DNA from: Chlorokybus atmophyticus
Lineage: Eukaryota; Plantae; Mesostigma and Chlorokybus algae
DNA length: 64,000 nt
Direction: 5' to 3'
NCBI GenBank assembly: GCA_009103225.1
Contig: RHPI01002090.1
Coordinates: forward strand, 122,625 to 186,624
Translations under genes and position numbers: made by a program
Part shown: positions 24,201 to 40,300 of the stretch, one piece after another
Position numbering within the stretch: position 1 is the stretch's first letter
Layout of the letters: every line of letters starts with the position of its first letter
Notes under the pieces: generated by a model
Databases searched by the model: none
What the model was told of the DNA's origin: nothing
Seen by the model: only the letters and a program-made list of their open reading frames with translations

Positions 24201-24357
24201 CCTCGCGTGCATCCTGATTCCCTCCACCATCTTCCTCAGCTCGTTCACTTCCTGCAGGTGCTTCTGGCTCCGCGACATCAGCGCTGCGTGAGGCCAACGC
24301 GCCCTCTATGGCAGGCTCGGCCTTTTCCGCCATGGGAGGCTCGTCCTCCTCCATCAT
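18245..24357 (-). CDS. Large multi-domain chromatin/transcription protein: HARE-HTH + Tudor + BAH + AP2 + DCD + Arg/Asp-rich tail (about 13 exons, roughly 1,600 aa)
   Basis: HARE-HTH-like LVRACCVVLVLAGPGQRLTLKEIVSKVKEMDLYSF...FERVRIQGGGFCL. Tudor LIARKVEIFWIDDNEWYPGTIAAYNPSTQLFTIFYE|DDEVEE. BAH YYRSMFINNREIYVRECIQL...EVAKLVALFE...EELFLSDRVEERPL|DAVLKRCTV. AP2 WRGVGQRGQGKFRAQ|IRNP...IYLGSY..PEVAARAFDTAMLALHG...LNF. DCD GFVFRCEGDTMDACFKHMLFG...LFLYNTQSRYLYG|VYECTARGGMNLQP...YPAQVRV. All junctions were traced in phase, including a 53-bp exon at 19720-19772. Confidence 0.8.
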
Positions 24358-27300
24358 GACCGCTGCTACCTGCCATGCCACGGTGCAAGAACCTGAATGC
24401 AACAGCATGTTGCAGTGCGCTTGGATATGCAGCGCATGGACCCCTTGTAAAGATACAATGCTCTGTGCCCTTGCTAAAAGATCACCTGGTAAACAAGGTT
24501 TACATTTGGCTAGCTACATGTTCTTCAACATCTATTAAGGCATCAACAAAACATCAGTCAGTGCGTCAGTGATGTGAATTGACGTACTGAGTTGCTATGC
24601 CTATGTAGAGAATGTGTCTGGCATTCGATCCAAAGAACGGAACAAACCAAGTGCTAACTACCTACGGGATAGGCAGTTGGCACTGGTAAAGCACTTAAAC
24701 AAAAACGACCACAAACGCTGTCACCCGGAATCATCGACAGTCTTGTACAATCGTTGCAACTTACGTAACACGCAGGCAGCACACAGATACCTCGTATGCA
24801 GCAACCAGGCTACGAATTGCCCTACACATTTACCGCAGTAAGGGGGATCTGTTGCGCTGAAACTTACCAGCTGAACAGGAGACACGGCGTATGTGCTGAG
24901 CAGCCAACGTAGCACACCGCTAACCAGGCCAACATATACGCGACACTACTGTTGGTTTAGGCACTGCTTAGGTAGTACTATGATTTAACAGCAAGTTCAC
25001 CCCTTGCATTAGGGCAGCATCAAAGTGCTGCTGTGCTTGCCACACAAAGCAGCATTTGCCAGCCATGGTACAAAAACGAGCATGTCGGTATCATACTAAC
25101 AGCTCTGCCAGCTAGGTGTCAAACCGGAGTACAACCCAACATGAAGTGTAGTATACGCTGGGTTTCGTTTAAAGCGCATGCAACTGTTGGCGCTTATTTT
25201 GTTAATAGATTGTATACTTTAGAAACACGTTGAAGCAACAGTACACGTCAATGCATTGTGCGCGGCATACCTATGTGCTGTCAGCGGCAACAGCGCTGCA
25301 CAAAACCGCCTCATTCAAACACCCGCGAAAACCACAGCATGCCCTGCCTGCGAACCAAACTTGCACAAACACTATGTCTGCAGCCTGCAGTCCAGACTAC
25401 ATCCCGGCGATGCCGTCCACACACCGTCGACAACGCCAGCGACGCCACCACCGCCGCCGCCGTCGCCGCCAGCGGCCCACCACCGCCACCAACACCCCGT
25501 TTTTGTTTTCCGCTTTCCAGCAAAATCCCGGACCGCTTTCCGCCTGCGAGCGCCTTTTCTTTTCAAGGATTCAGGCTTTCGTTTGAACGACAATCATAAG
25601 TCGCGAAATTGCAATCAGAGGCTTGCTTGGTGCTTGCTGTTAGGGTTTCTGTCGCAATTTTCTTACACGAACACAACGCAAGATTCCGAATGTCCGGCTG
25701 GGCCGGTGTCGAACTTCCTGCGACAACAGAACTCTTGCTGGTCCGACGGCCGGTCATGGTGGGAATAGTCGTCAGTTCTCAAGTGTCAATTTGCCGGACA
25801 GAATGACAGACTTGTTCGGCCAATACAAATCAAGGCTGACGTCAAATCAGCCCAACGGCAGAAGTTTGGAAGACCACGTGGGCGCAACCTCTGTATGTGC
25901 CCCGGTACAGTGTAAAGAGAAACATACCGTACTTACGTGTGCTCTCAAGAGCATGCGCATTCGTAACTATGCTACACATTGCGTAGTACACGCTTGCTTT
26001 TGTGACACTTTAATTCACACGCTTTCACTAACAAAACACACAGCTTGTACCTTGTTCGCTCAATACTTATATGTAGTCATTGAGATATTACTGCCCCAAT
26101 CTGTATACACTTGTATATATTTGAGTTGCAATCCGCATCCATTACATATTGTGACAATAAATGCGTAGTTGCAAACGGCAATAATATAGCCGTCTTGCAT
26201 TGTAACGTATTGATACCTGATTAACGCAGCCGTGTTCACTTGATTATGCTTGATTGATCACGTAACATTACTGTTCCTCTATTAACAACCGAGTAGTTTA
26301 GATGTAACTGCTACAGTATCAAACAATTGTAACTGATATCAACATATTGTAAGCGACATAAACTAAGTTCGCCTGGTATACATACATGTATCATACCACT
26401 ACATGTTGGTATGCAAACCAAGGTTGCCAATCAAGTTGCCATCTTATGACATTCAGTGTAGGGAAAGTCACGCATCGCTGTGTGAAAGCCAAGGGGAGGT
26501 GCATCTGCTGGCTCTTAAGTTATGCGCTATAGTTGAAAAAGCGTGCAGGTGTGGCCAGCAGCAGCACTATTCACAAAAATGTGGAAAATGAAGCTAGATT
26601 AAGAGCTGGCGGTAAGAGAAGAGGGTGGGGGTGGGGTGTCATGCGTACCGTGTATGCAATGCATTGCGCAATTTGTGCATAGCGGTGCGTTCCCCTATGT
26701 GGGGCACGTGGCTACCTATTGAGTGATGAGACCACCACTCTCACCACTCACTCTACCACCTGCGTACAAAAGAGACATAGGAGGTTATGCACATGCAGGT
26801 ATGCATGAGTACAAAAGATGCAAGGTGGATCAGGATGCCGCCATTCAGCAACAGTAACATATCATCAACCTGCAGCACATGTAAAACCACCGGGCTAAGA
26901 CACGCGCTTGCATGCTGCCCACCCGCTACCACCAACCCTACCATCATAGCTAATGCCCCATTGTGCATATGGGCGTGCATGGGGTGCACGTACGTATACA
27001 AAAGGTATTTGCTACAGTTTTGCCAACACTATTACATGCACCACTCTTAGAGCTTGCTTTACCGCAACTCTTGTGTACTATGCATCAATGCGGCAGTTGC
27101 ATTTTCAGTGCGTACAGGAAATGCAACTGAGGTATGCGCATGTGTTTTACTGGAGTTGTGCCTGCACAACAGACTGCAAGGTAAGAACTACCGTCCCAAC
27201 TGCTGTTGTGGTGGTGTTCTGTTGCACACCTATTCAATGGCCACCATGCAAATGCAATCACCCTTGTTAGCCCATAATCCCAGGTGCCATAAAGTCATTG

Positions 27301-27530
27301 CCTAGTGTGTGAACTCGACTGGAGCATATAGCAAGCTTAGCCATGCATGTTCCCAACTGCTTGCACTACTGCAACATGCATTGCTCTGCCACAGAAGCTC
27401 CCGCTTAGCTGTGTAGCCATCGCCAAACACACGTCTGCTCCGTTTCCAAATCATACAAATTTAGAATACTATTCACCAAGCTAGTAGCATACAACCGTCC
27501 CAACCCTACCCACCTAACTTGCAACGCAGG

Positions 27531-31096
<3,566 letters not shown>

Positions 31097-31262
31097 CCCC
31101 CGCCCTGCCTGACGACGCTGCGCTGCCCCAAGCGGCGACTTGATCAAACCTGCAAATATCTAACTTAAAAACGAGCTCAAAAGTACACAGCTAACACCAC
31201 CCCGCAGCACCGCCTCTCCGCCGTCCCGGTCGCCGCCGCCGCCGCCGCCGCGGCTACGCCGT

Positions 31263-31277
31263 TAACCCTAACCCTAA
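31263..31277. promoter_or_regulatory. Telomere-type motif TAACCCTAACCCTAA (telo-box-like) in the PRP43/RPB10 divergent promoter
   Basis: 2.5 copies of CCCTAA in the 321-nt interval between the two ATGs; regulatory role is inferred. Confidence 0.4.
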
Positions 31278-31417
31278 TCTCTGCCGCCATGCTGTAACGG
31301 CGAAGTTGTCTCCGCTTGCCGTGCAGTTTGCAGTCAAACCCCTGCCCAACACTGCGGTAGCGAGAGCGGCGGCGGCGGTGGAGAAGGAGAACCAGGCGGA
31401 CAGGTAGACCAAGCGGC

Positions 31418-32194
<777 letters not shown>

Positions 32195-32498
32195 GCCCTG
32201 TTGAAGGTCACTTACAAGGTGCTACCGGGCAAAACAATGTAGGCGTTGCTGCCTCGATTGGGGTGTACACGAAGACTTGATGACCTGACTGTGCATGGAG
32301 CTGGCTCAGAAGATCGGTCAGCACATCCAGTGCTTATTGGGGTGGAGTACGAAAAGATTGGGGTGGACAGTGCCTCTAGTGTGCAGGGTGGGTTGAGGCA
32401 AGTTCGTAACAGTACAAAATCGTTCAGCTTCAAGCTGATCCAAGATTGTCACATAGCCAACCATCACGGTCCAGCTTTTTGAACAAGGCTTAGCCAAG

Positions 32499-34640
32499 CT
32501 ACTTCAAATAGGTGCCAAGCTGCTGTACTGTCCTGTTGTACTGTGCTATACCAGGAAGCTTCGTCACCGTGTCCCACATGCGTCCTGCAAACTGAAGCCA
32601 GTCCTTCTCACTCATGGGTCGTAGCAATGAACGTCTTTCGCTTGTAAGCACCTGCACCGCACCATGCCTGAAACATATCGTCACACGAGCCCCACCATGT
32701 TTCTGACACAGCAGCAACTATCAAAGCAACTATAAAAGCAACCTGTACAGGGTTCAACAGACAACTGACCTGATCTTGAAGCAGCTCAAGAGCACGTTGA
32801 AAGCTGGCCACGTGGTGGACAGCATTAACGCCGCTGCTTTTGTTTGGTAGCATGAACAAACTCAGGCCTTTGCTGTCATCTGCAGCTAACCCTAACAAGG
32901 GTGCACTCGAAACAGCTTTTCCTGGAGCTTGGAAAGGGCTATCCAGGAACATTGCATCCAAGGCAGCCTGGGCTAGCTGAAAGTGCAAAGCGGACATCTC
33001 ATGCTGCAGCAACCTGCATGCATTGGACATGATGAGACACATGTGCCATGCATTTACCTGTGTAGCAACCTGTGTAGCAACGCGCACTTACCCGTTATGT
33101 ACGAAAACTGTCTCTGCACAGTAGCCACTTGACGAGTGCCTTGCTCCTGATTCAACTCCTTTGCCTCTATCCGGAGGCAATGCTGACTGCTTTGCTGGGG
33201 ACAATGTCGGCGATGTGGCACGCGGTATCAAGGACATATCCGGAACATTCAACATCAACATCTCCACCTGAGGTCGAAGGCATGCTATATTTGCGTTTCA
33301 ACAATGAGTCATGGATGACAGTAGTGCGCATACGCACCGTTTTCATGAAGCGCCAAAGAGACTTGTCTTCCAGGCCTTGCGACACAAATAGCACGGCGTG
33401 GCATGTGGACAGGAGAAACACTGCCAACTTGACGACTGTACTTGTAAGCCAATGGCAAGACTTGCAGGCTCAGTTGCTTTGCACAGAGCCTTGCACCCCA
33501 GCAGCATATACTTATAGCACACCTGTAAGGCCATGATTTCCTGTGCATTCTCGGCCGAGACTGCTTCACTAGGCAGTGTGTCCAAACGCAGCAGGTCGCT
33601 GAGGACAGACGCACTCATTACTGGCTGGAGGCATCCATCAATTAGGTCACAAAGGTGGGAAACCACTTGCAATCGCTGCACTGACCTGCGTATCGAGAAG
33701 TATGCAACTGTCTGGCGTCACTCGCAGATCAACACCTGTAGTGGTGTGCTGGGCGCGCACCACAGCCTCTTGCGTGCTCGTCGGGAACGGTGGAGGATCT
33801 GCACAGTATGTCGTACATTTGCACACGATAAACCTAGCAATGCACTGCATTGCCCCCAATGTCAACATGACATGCATGCCATCTTCGTTACATACACCCT
33901 TATCCGTCAGACAGTGTCACAAGTCATGCAAGATGCAGACGTCATTGCATAGCACTGCGGTTGAGCAGTCAGGTAGTGTATCAATGAACTGACCCCACTG
34001 TGTACCTGTACTCTCAGCATCGTAACCAAACAGCGCGTTCATGATGGTCGACTTTCCTGCTGCTTGCAAGCCAAGCACACCAATCACCAGAAAGTCTTGA
34101 TTGTCGGACATCAGCTGCGCACATGATTCTCAACTGCTTCAGCACACAGCGGCTCGTAATCGTACACCAGTTCACTCGCTTTATGCAATATCCATACACG
34201 GCAGCAATTCTGTCTCAATTTCTTACTTGCTTGACACACACAACACTCACACATCAGTAGCTTGGCTGCATACAGGCATACGGGCATGCATGTGAGTCAT
34301 TGTGCTGGCGTCGTACACTACTTGAACTTGCCATGAGCTTGGCATGTCCTTCACCTACCTTGTGCAGCCCGTCACCGACAAATTCTCCACGCTCCGTGAT
34401 GAGTTTGGATGCGCCAAGCAGCAGGGTCTCATGATCTGGCTGCAGTAGCTGGAGCTGCGACTGCTGCTGCTGCTGTTGCTTGTGGGCGGCGTAGCTGCTG
34501 CTGCCGTCTCGCAGGATGGTGACGGGCCTTCCCTGAGCGCCCAGATTGGTCGGTGTGGCGGCGGAGGTTGCTGCCGGCGAGGCCGCCTGCCTCCTTGCCA
34601 AGATGATCGGTGTGCCCGCCCCACCTGGCGGACCCTGCAT
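32499..34640 (-). CDS. SMG9: Nonsense-mediated decay factor SMG9
   Basis: P-loop region DFLVIGVLGLQAAGKSTIMNALFG, then VDLRVTPDSCILLDTQ|PVMSASVLSDLL, MAVFLLSTCHAVLFVSQG and C-terminal MSEKDWLQFAGRMWDTV. Start ATG 34640 (MQGPPGG) is the most likely. Confidence 0.85.
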
Positions 34641-34739
34641 GGTCGCCTCCCTCCGAGGCCTCCCCCTGCTCCACCTACACAACCACAGCACAATGCATTG
34701 CGCAAGCTGCCTTCATTGCTCCACTCAAGCTGCTTCAGC

Positions 34740-36611
34740 ATGCCGGCAGCGGTGGCGGTGGCAGGGTCGTCGGTGGGGTTGGGGTCGGCGTCGCCGTCAG
34801 GGGGCAGCGTTGCAGTGCATGCCAGGAGCAGGCGACCAGCGTCGAGTGTGGCAGCGAGGCCTCAGGCTTTCAACCAGCATGGGTGGTTGCGTCTGTGTGA
34901 GGGACTTCAGGCCACGACTACGGGTGGGCGGTCTAGACGAAATCTGTGCCTTGTAACGGCAGAAGGCCAGGTGTGTTGGGTAGCAGGCACAGAGAGCATG
35001 TATGCATGCTAAGGAGCTTCGTGGTCAGCTGCTACTAGCAGGTCAGGCAAGCTTGCTGCAGCATGCTTAGTAGCCTAGAAGTGCACAGTTGACCCATGCG
35101 TGGCCACCATAGCGTACTTTTGTGAGCAATGCAGTTTGCAAGTGCCTGCTGCAAAGCCAAGCACTCCGATAAGACACCGGCGTAACCGACTCGCAAGGCT
35201 GTCGTCATCAGCTTGATGCTGTTGTGTGGTCAAATGATTCATCAGCATATCCCAAATAAAGCCTGAAGTTTTTGACTCCAATGTATTCGACTCAATTGCT
35301 GAACTTACACCATTCGCACTGTTCTTGTCAGTACGGTTGGTATGCCAATGGAGCAAGCCAGCAGGCTGCAGCCCGCGAAGCTGGAGAGCTACGCAATGAG
35401 CTTTTCATGCTGAAAGCGCTCGAGCTTGCCCGCAAGGCCATGGGCAAGACGGCACCCAATCCCATGGTTGGGTGCGTCATCGTGCGTGATGAAGAGGCAA
35501 GTGTCGCAGCACCAAGCTTGCCTGTGTACAAGAGTTCCAGCATTGGATCCATTGCACACATGCATGCTCAAGCACATCGCAAGCAGTGTGCGATATGCCT
35601 GTCAAACAGGTTGTTGGGGAGGGATTTCATCCCAAAGCGGGTGAGCCGCATGCGGAGGTGTTTGCCTTGCGCCAAGCTGGTGACAAAGCAGAGGGCGCTA
35701 CTGCATATGTCAGCCTGGAGCCTTGCAACCACTATGGACGCACACCCCCGTGCACGCAAGCCCTCATCAACGCTCAAGTGAAAAAGGTCATGACATCAGG
35801 CATATTGCCAATCTGTTCCATCTGAAACATGTCAGTCCTGCACATGGAATCCTTGCATGGCAACAAGCTCATCGGCTTGCACTCCCTGCAGGTTTTTATT
35901 GGCTGTGTGGATAAGAACCCGCTTGTTGCTGGAAAAGGAGTCAAAGCCTTGCAAGCTGCTGGAATAGAAGTTGTGGTTGGTGTGTGTGAACATGAGTGCC
36001 TGGAGGTAAGAGCAAGCGCAGTCACAGATGTGAACGCACGAGCATGGTGCAGTCGGATGCTTGGTAGACTGACTCTTGTTGTTGTGTTCCTGGTCCGCTA
36101 ACAGAACTTGGTATTGTTGTGGCCGCAGCTGAACGAAGCGTTTTTCTTCGTACGTGCGGAGGGCCACGCTCTCAACGTGTTGCACTCCACACTTGCTGCC
36201 GATGGTCAGCTGTTGTATCCCACAGCAGAGGCCCATGTCTCAGAGCAGCTGAGCAGGCTGCGCCTTGAGGCGGATGCACTGGTTGTAGATGCAAGCACAA
36301 GCGAGCTGGTACCGCCTACTGACAAGCCTGTGTTTGTCGTTGGACGGGAGGCAACGGCACACCATAAGCACTCATGCATTGCTGCCTCCCCTAATAAGCT
36401 GCAAAGTCAGTTGGCAGAGCATCTAAGCAGCAAGGACTACAATCTGGTACTGTGGGAGGTCATTGATCCCGAGTACCGGAGTGCTGCTGTTGAGCAAGGA
36501 ATGGTTGATAAGCTGTCTATCTCCGTTGTTCCTACAGTGTCGCCGTCATCAGCTAGTGTAGATGAGCTGCAACAGTTCATCATAACATCCGAAGTATACT
36601 TGAAACAATGA
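34740..36611 (+). CDS. PYRD: Plastid riboflavin biosynthesis pyrimidine deaminase (RibD/PyrD) with degenerate C-terminal reductase-like region
   Basis: Ser/Ala-rich transit peptide from ATG 34740, then FMLKALELARKAMGKTAPNPMVGCVIVRDEE|VVGEGFHPKAGEPHAEVFAL...YVSLEPCNHYGRTPPCTQALI (HAE and PC..C zinc motifs). Confidence 0.93.
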
Positions 36612-37322
36612 CAGCTCTTCACCGGTGTATCCTGATGGTGGAAAGGCACAGTGAGTGATTGCATGCAATGTGCGTGAGGTTCGTTGTGTGTGCTCGTACA
36701 ACATCATCCTCAGGTAGCCGTGCTTGCTGATGGGGTTCAACATATTTGTCAGTCCACATTATACCACGAGATTGGGCTAGCTCGACTGCATGAGCACGAC
36801 ATGGCGTTGCATTGCAGTTGCATTTGCGCTTGTTTGTGATGTTATATGCTGGCGCTATGGTCGTCACTGCCCTTGTCCTGGTCAAGGACTGGAGTTCATC
36901 AACGGGAATGGTAATTAAAGGGTTGTACGTCTGAATGCCATGTCAAATCAGGGATCAGGTAAGGGGAACAGAGCACTTATTGAATACTTGGCCCAGCCAC
37001 TTATTTGACACTGGACACACAACCGCTTGCAGGCGCCTGTATGAGTGCGGCATTCCTGCATGGTGCGATATGTGTGCCTGCACAACACTTGCTATGTAGT
37101 GTTTGGTGTTGTGGTCGCTACTGCCTTTGTTGTGGTGCTTGCGGTCTTCCTAGTGTCAGTGTATGTGTGCCTACCTAACTATACTACATGATACAATGTG
37201 CATATTGTCGACATGTGTCGACATACAACTTGACTAAGCTTGGCCAATTCAACTTGGACTTATTCAATGTTTGCATCTTGTCGTCAATAGGACTTCTGTG
37301 TAGATGTGTAGTGCGAACGCAC

Positions 37323-40300
37323 TCAGAACTTGACCCGCATGAGCACAGGGTTGAGCAAAATGGGGCCCAAGAAATGCCCTCCGACAAGCATCGCCAGGGG
37401 GAAAATGGAAAAGAAAGAACGCACGCGGTAAGGGTCTGGCAGGAAGTAGAATGTGACAGCCATCGCCAACAGCCCCAGACAGAACAGGTACAGAATCCTG
37501 TACCCCTGCATAGTGTTCTTCACCTGCCATTCAACAATGACACAACAGTGTCATTATGCATACGGGACAAGCTTAAACCGAAACAGAGAGGTATATGCGC
37601 CTTGTTGAATCTTGGTATTTTGCTTTGCACTCACTTCTGTAAAGAAGTTGGTCTTCTTCAACTCTTTGATCGTGCTTCCCCATGACATCTCGTGTCCGAA
37701 AAGATGGCTGCTCGTGACAAAATGGTAAGAGTGCAGTGTAACTTTGTTGTCATGTGACCCTATTCAAGCCACTTGCTGCATCGCGTCTCACTCGTTACCA
37801 ACCTTGCTATCGCAATAAAGATGTGGTAGCCAATGCCGTTGAAGAAGACGGTGAAGGTGAGCACGTGCTTAAACTCTGTCAAGATGCCCCAACCTGGCCA
37901 CACAGCAACATGTTGTTCAGTGAGAACAAGCAGTGTCTCCAGCTTCTTGGTGTATAATACGGAAAGGAAGAAGCGTTGGGATACGTACCGAGTGAGGTGA
38001 GTCCTAGACGGTACTTCAAGATGCCCACAGACAATGGCAAGAACCCGGCATAAAGCAGACAGCACTGGATGATAATGTCAACGTTATGTACTACGTCTTT
38101 GCGCCACATCTGTGTAACAGACAGTTGTTACACAATGGTTTGACTGCATCGTCATGCCCGCTCACAAGGTATGAGTAGAAAGACTGATGCATGTGTCCAG
38201 CATGCGTGTATCACCTCACTGTATTCGTAGAGGAAGAAGTTGAGGGTGACGGCTATGGGTCCCACGGCCATTGCAAAGTAGGTCCCCAAGTAAGCCATGA
38301 TGTTATACTTGCTGTAGTACGGCACGTTCTTGCAAGTGATGTACCTGTGGTTTTAGTTCTCCTCAGTTGCAGACAGTGCCAAATCCATTCCAACTGTTTC
38401 TTGGAGGACTTTGTACTTGCGTACCTCCAAATTACTGATGAGATGGGCCCCTTCTTGAACCATTCTCGCAGTGGGTTGAACATCAACTCGCTGCTGCCAA
38501 AGGCGTACTTCTGGAACCTGTGTGAGAGGGATTGTTCTCAATTCCATAAGGTCAGCATGTTGCGTATCAACTACAGATACTCTGTAAGTAGCCTGCCAAC
38601 CTGTTGAGTTCGTCATGACATGAAAGCGATACGCCCTCATTGAAAGTTGTGCCCGTGTACGTGATGTAACGCCCAACATAGCTGCATGTATAGTGCATCA
38701 GGAGGATGAAAGACATCTCAAATCTGTCGATTTTGAATAAAGAATGTTGCTGCTGTAATCACCCTCACACTCACCCAGCGGCTTGCAACCTCAGCGACAG
38801 ATCGAAATCCTCCGAGACGTGGTTCTCGCTCCAGTACTTGCGCTTGTTGTCAAAATCATCAATGAACGACACCTTCACAAACGCACATTACTTAGCACCT
38901 TTGCTCAGTGACTGTCACACACTGACTCTAACTAAAGCACAGACGCACCTTCTGCACGGCGTCCCAACGCAAGAAGGCGTTGTGGCCCACGAGCGGCGCG
39001 GGGTCGCCTCCTGAAGACGCAAGCACGATGGCAACGGAGTAGAGCGACACGGTGAAGTGAGATATGGCATTCTCCCAGTAGTCCCTCAACACCTGGTAAG
39101 AGGTAAGTGGTTGTCAAAGTCATGATACTTGTGGCTGTGTGGGGACCTGAGTGATGTGTATCAGCGTACCTGCATGGGAGTTGTGAGGTGCTGAGTGAAG
39201 GCCACCTGAGGGGAAGCCAGCAGTTCAAGGATGACTGGCAATATGCAGTTCTCTGGCACCCTGCAACATGTGCCGAAAAGGTCAGCTGGCAGTCAAGTTG
39301 TTGATGCAATCAATGTTATCAACAGTGTTGTTGTTGCCTTGTGTCTGAGTCGATGAGAAGGATATAGTCCCCAACGAACACGTTCCCGCCCGCAACGCAG
39401 CCGGACTCCTCCGCCACCTCCTGGAGGACCGCGTGAGGGGCGCCGCCGCCGCTCTCGGCAAGGCGTGTCTGGTACCTGAGGAAGGGGATGCACAAGTTGT
39501 GTGCATGCTCTTCATATTATGTGTGCTTTGGTTTGTCTAATGTTTGTGTGAGAGGCTTTGGTGTGGTGTGTGTGTGTACCTGTGCGCAGTGTGCAGGCAG
39601 AAGTTCATGTTGGAGGCCTTCTTGAAGCGCCCTCGCCGGTTCTCTCCCGGCCTCGCAACGTACCTGCATTGCACGTATGTGGGCATGTGCATTCACTTGC
39701 ATGTGTGTAGATGCAATGGACCTGTCTGTGCTTGCGTGCGTTCGTGTGCGTGTGCGTGGAGAGGGAGCTTACCCTATGATCGGGTGTTTTTGGTAGAAGC
39801 GCACGCGAGTCTTGGCCTCCTTCTTGGGCAAGAGCAGCAGGCCGTCGTCGTTGACGAACACGTTGGTGCGGCCCGGATACCGCGCGCACGCCGCAAACAC
39901 CGACTCCAATGTCGGCCTCAGCACGAAATCCAGAGACTCCTTGTACACAGGCACCTTCATGCAAGACACAACAAGGTAAGTCAATGTTTCGCAGAGTGCT
40001 TGCTTCGTAACTGTGGCTTGCTACTCAATGTCAATAGCTGTTCAAGTCATCACATGTGCTTTGTTTTATTAGGACTTTGATGATACCCGGAAGCAAGAAC
40101 CGGTTGCTTGATGGTGATGTGTGGTGACTGTGTGACTGTGTCATGTCATTGCTTACTTGTATGGTGACGTTGGGTAGTTTTTCGGGTCGCACGCGTTCAT
40201 CGGGCGGGACGGATGAGAGGTAGAAGGAGTTGTGCTCGACGTGGGCGATCGGTCCGAAGCAGTTGACGACGGCGCAGACGATGGCGTTGATGCTGAACGC

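Noticed and set aside
36619-36885. Minus ORF ending 8 nt from the PyrD stop, first considered the GT2 last exon
   Set aside because: GT2 already ends at 37323 with a family-like C-terminus (ILLNPVLMRVKF*), so this is probably UTR.
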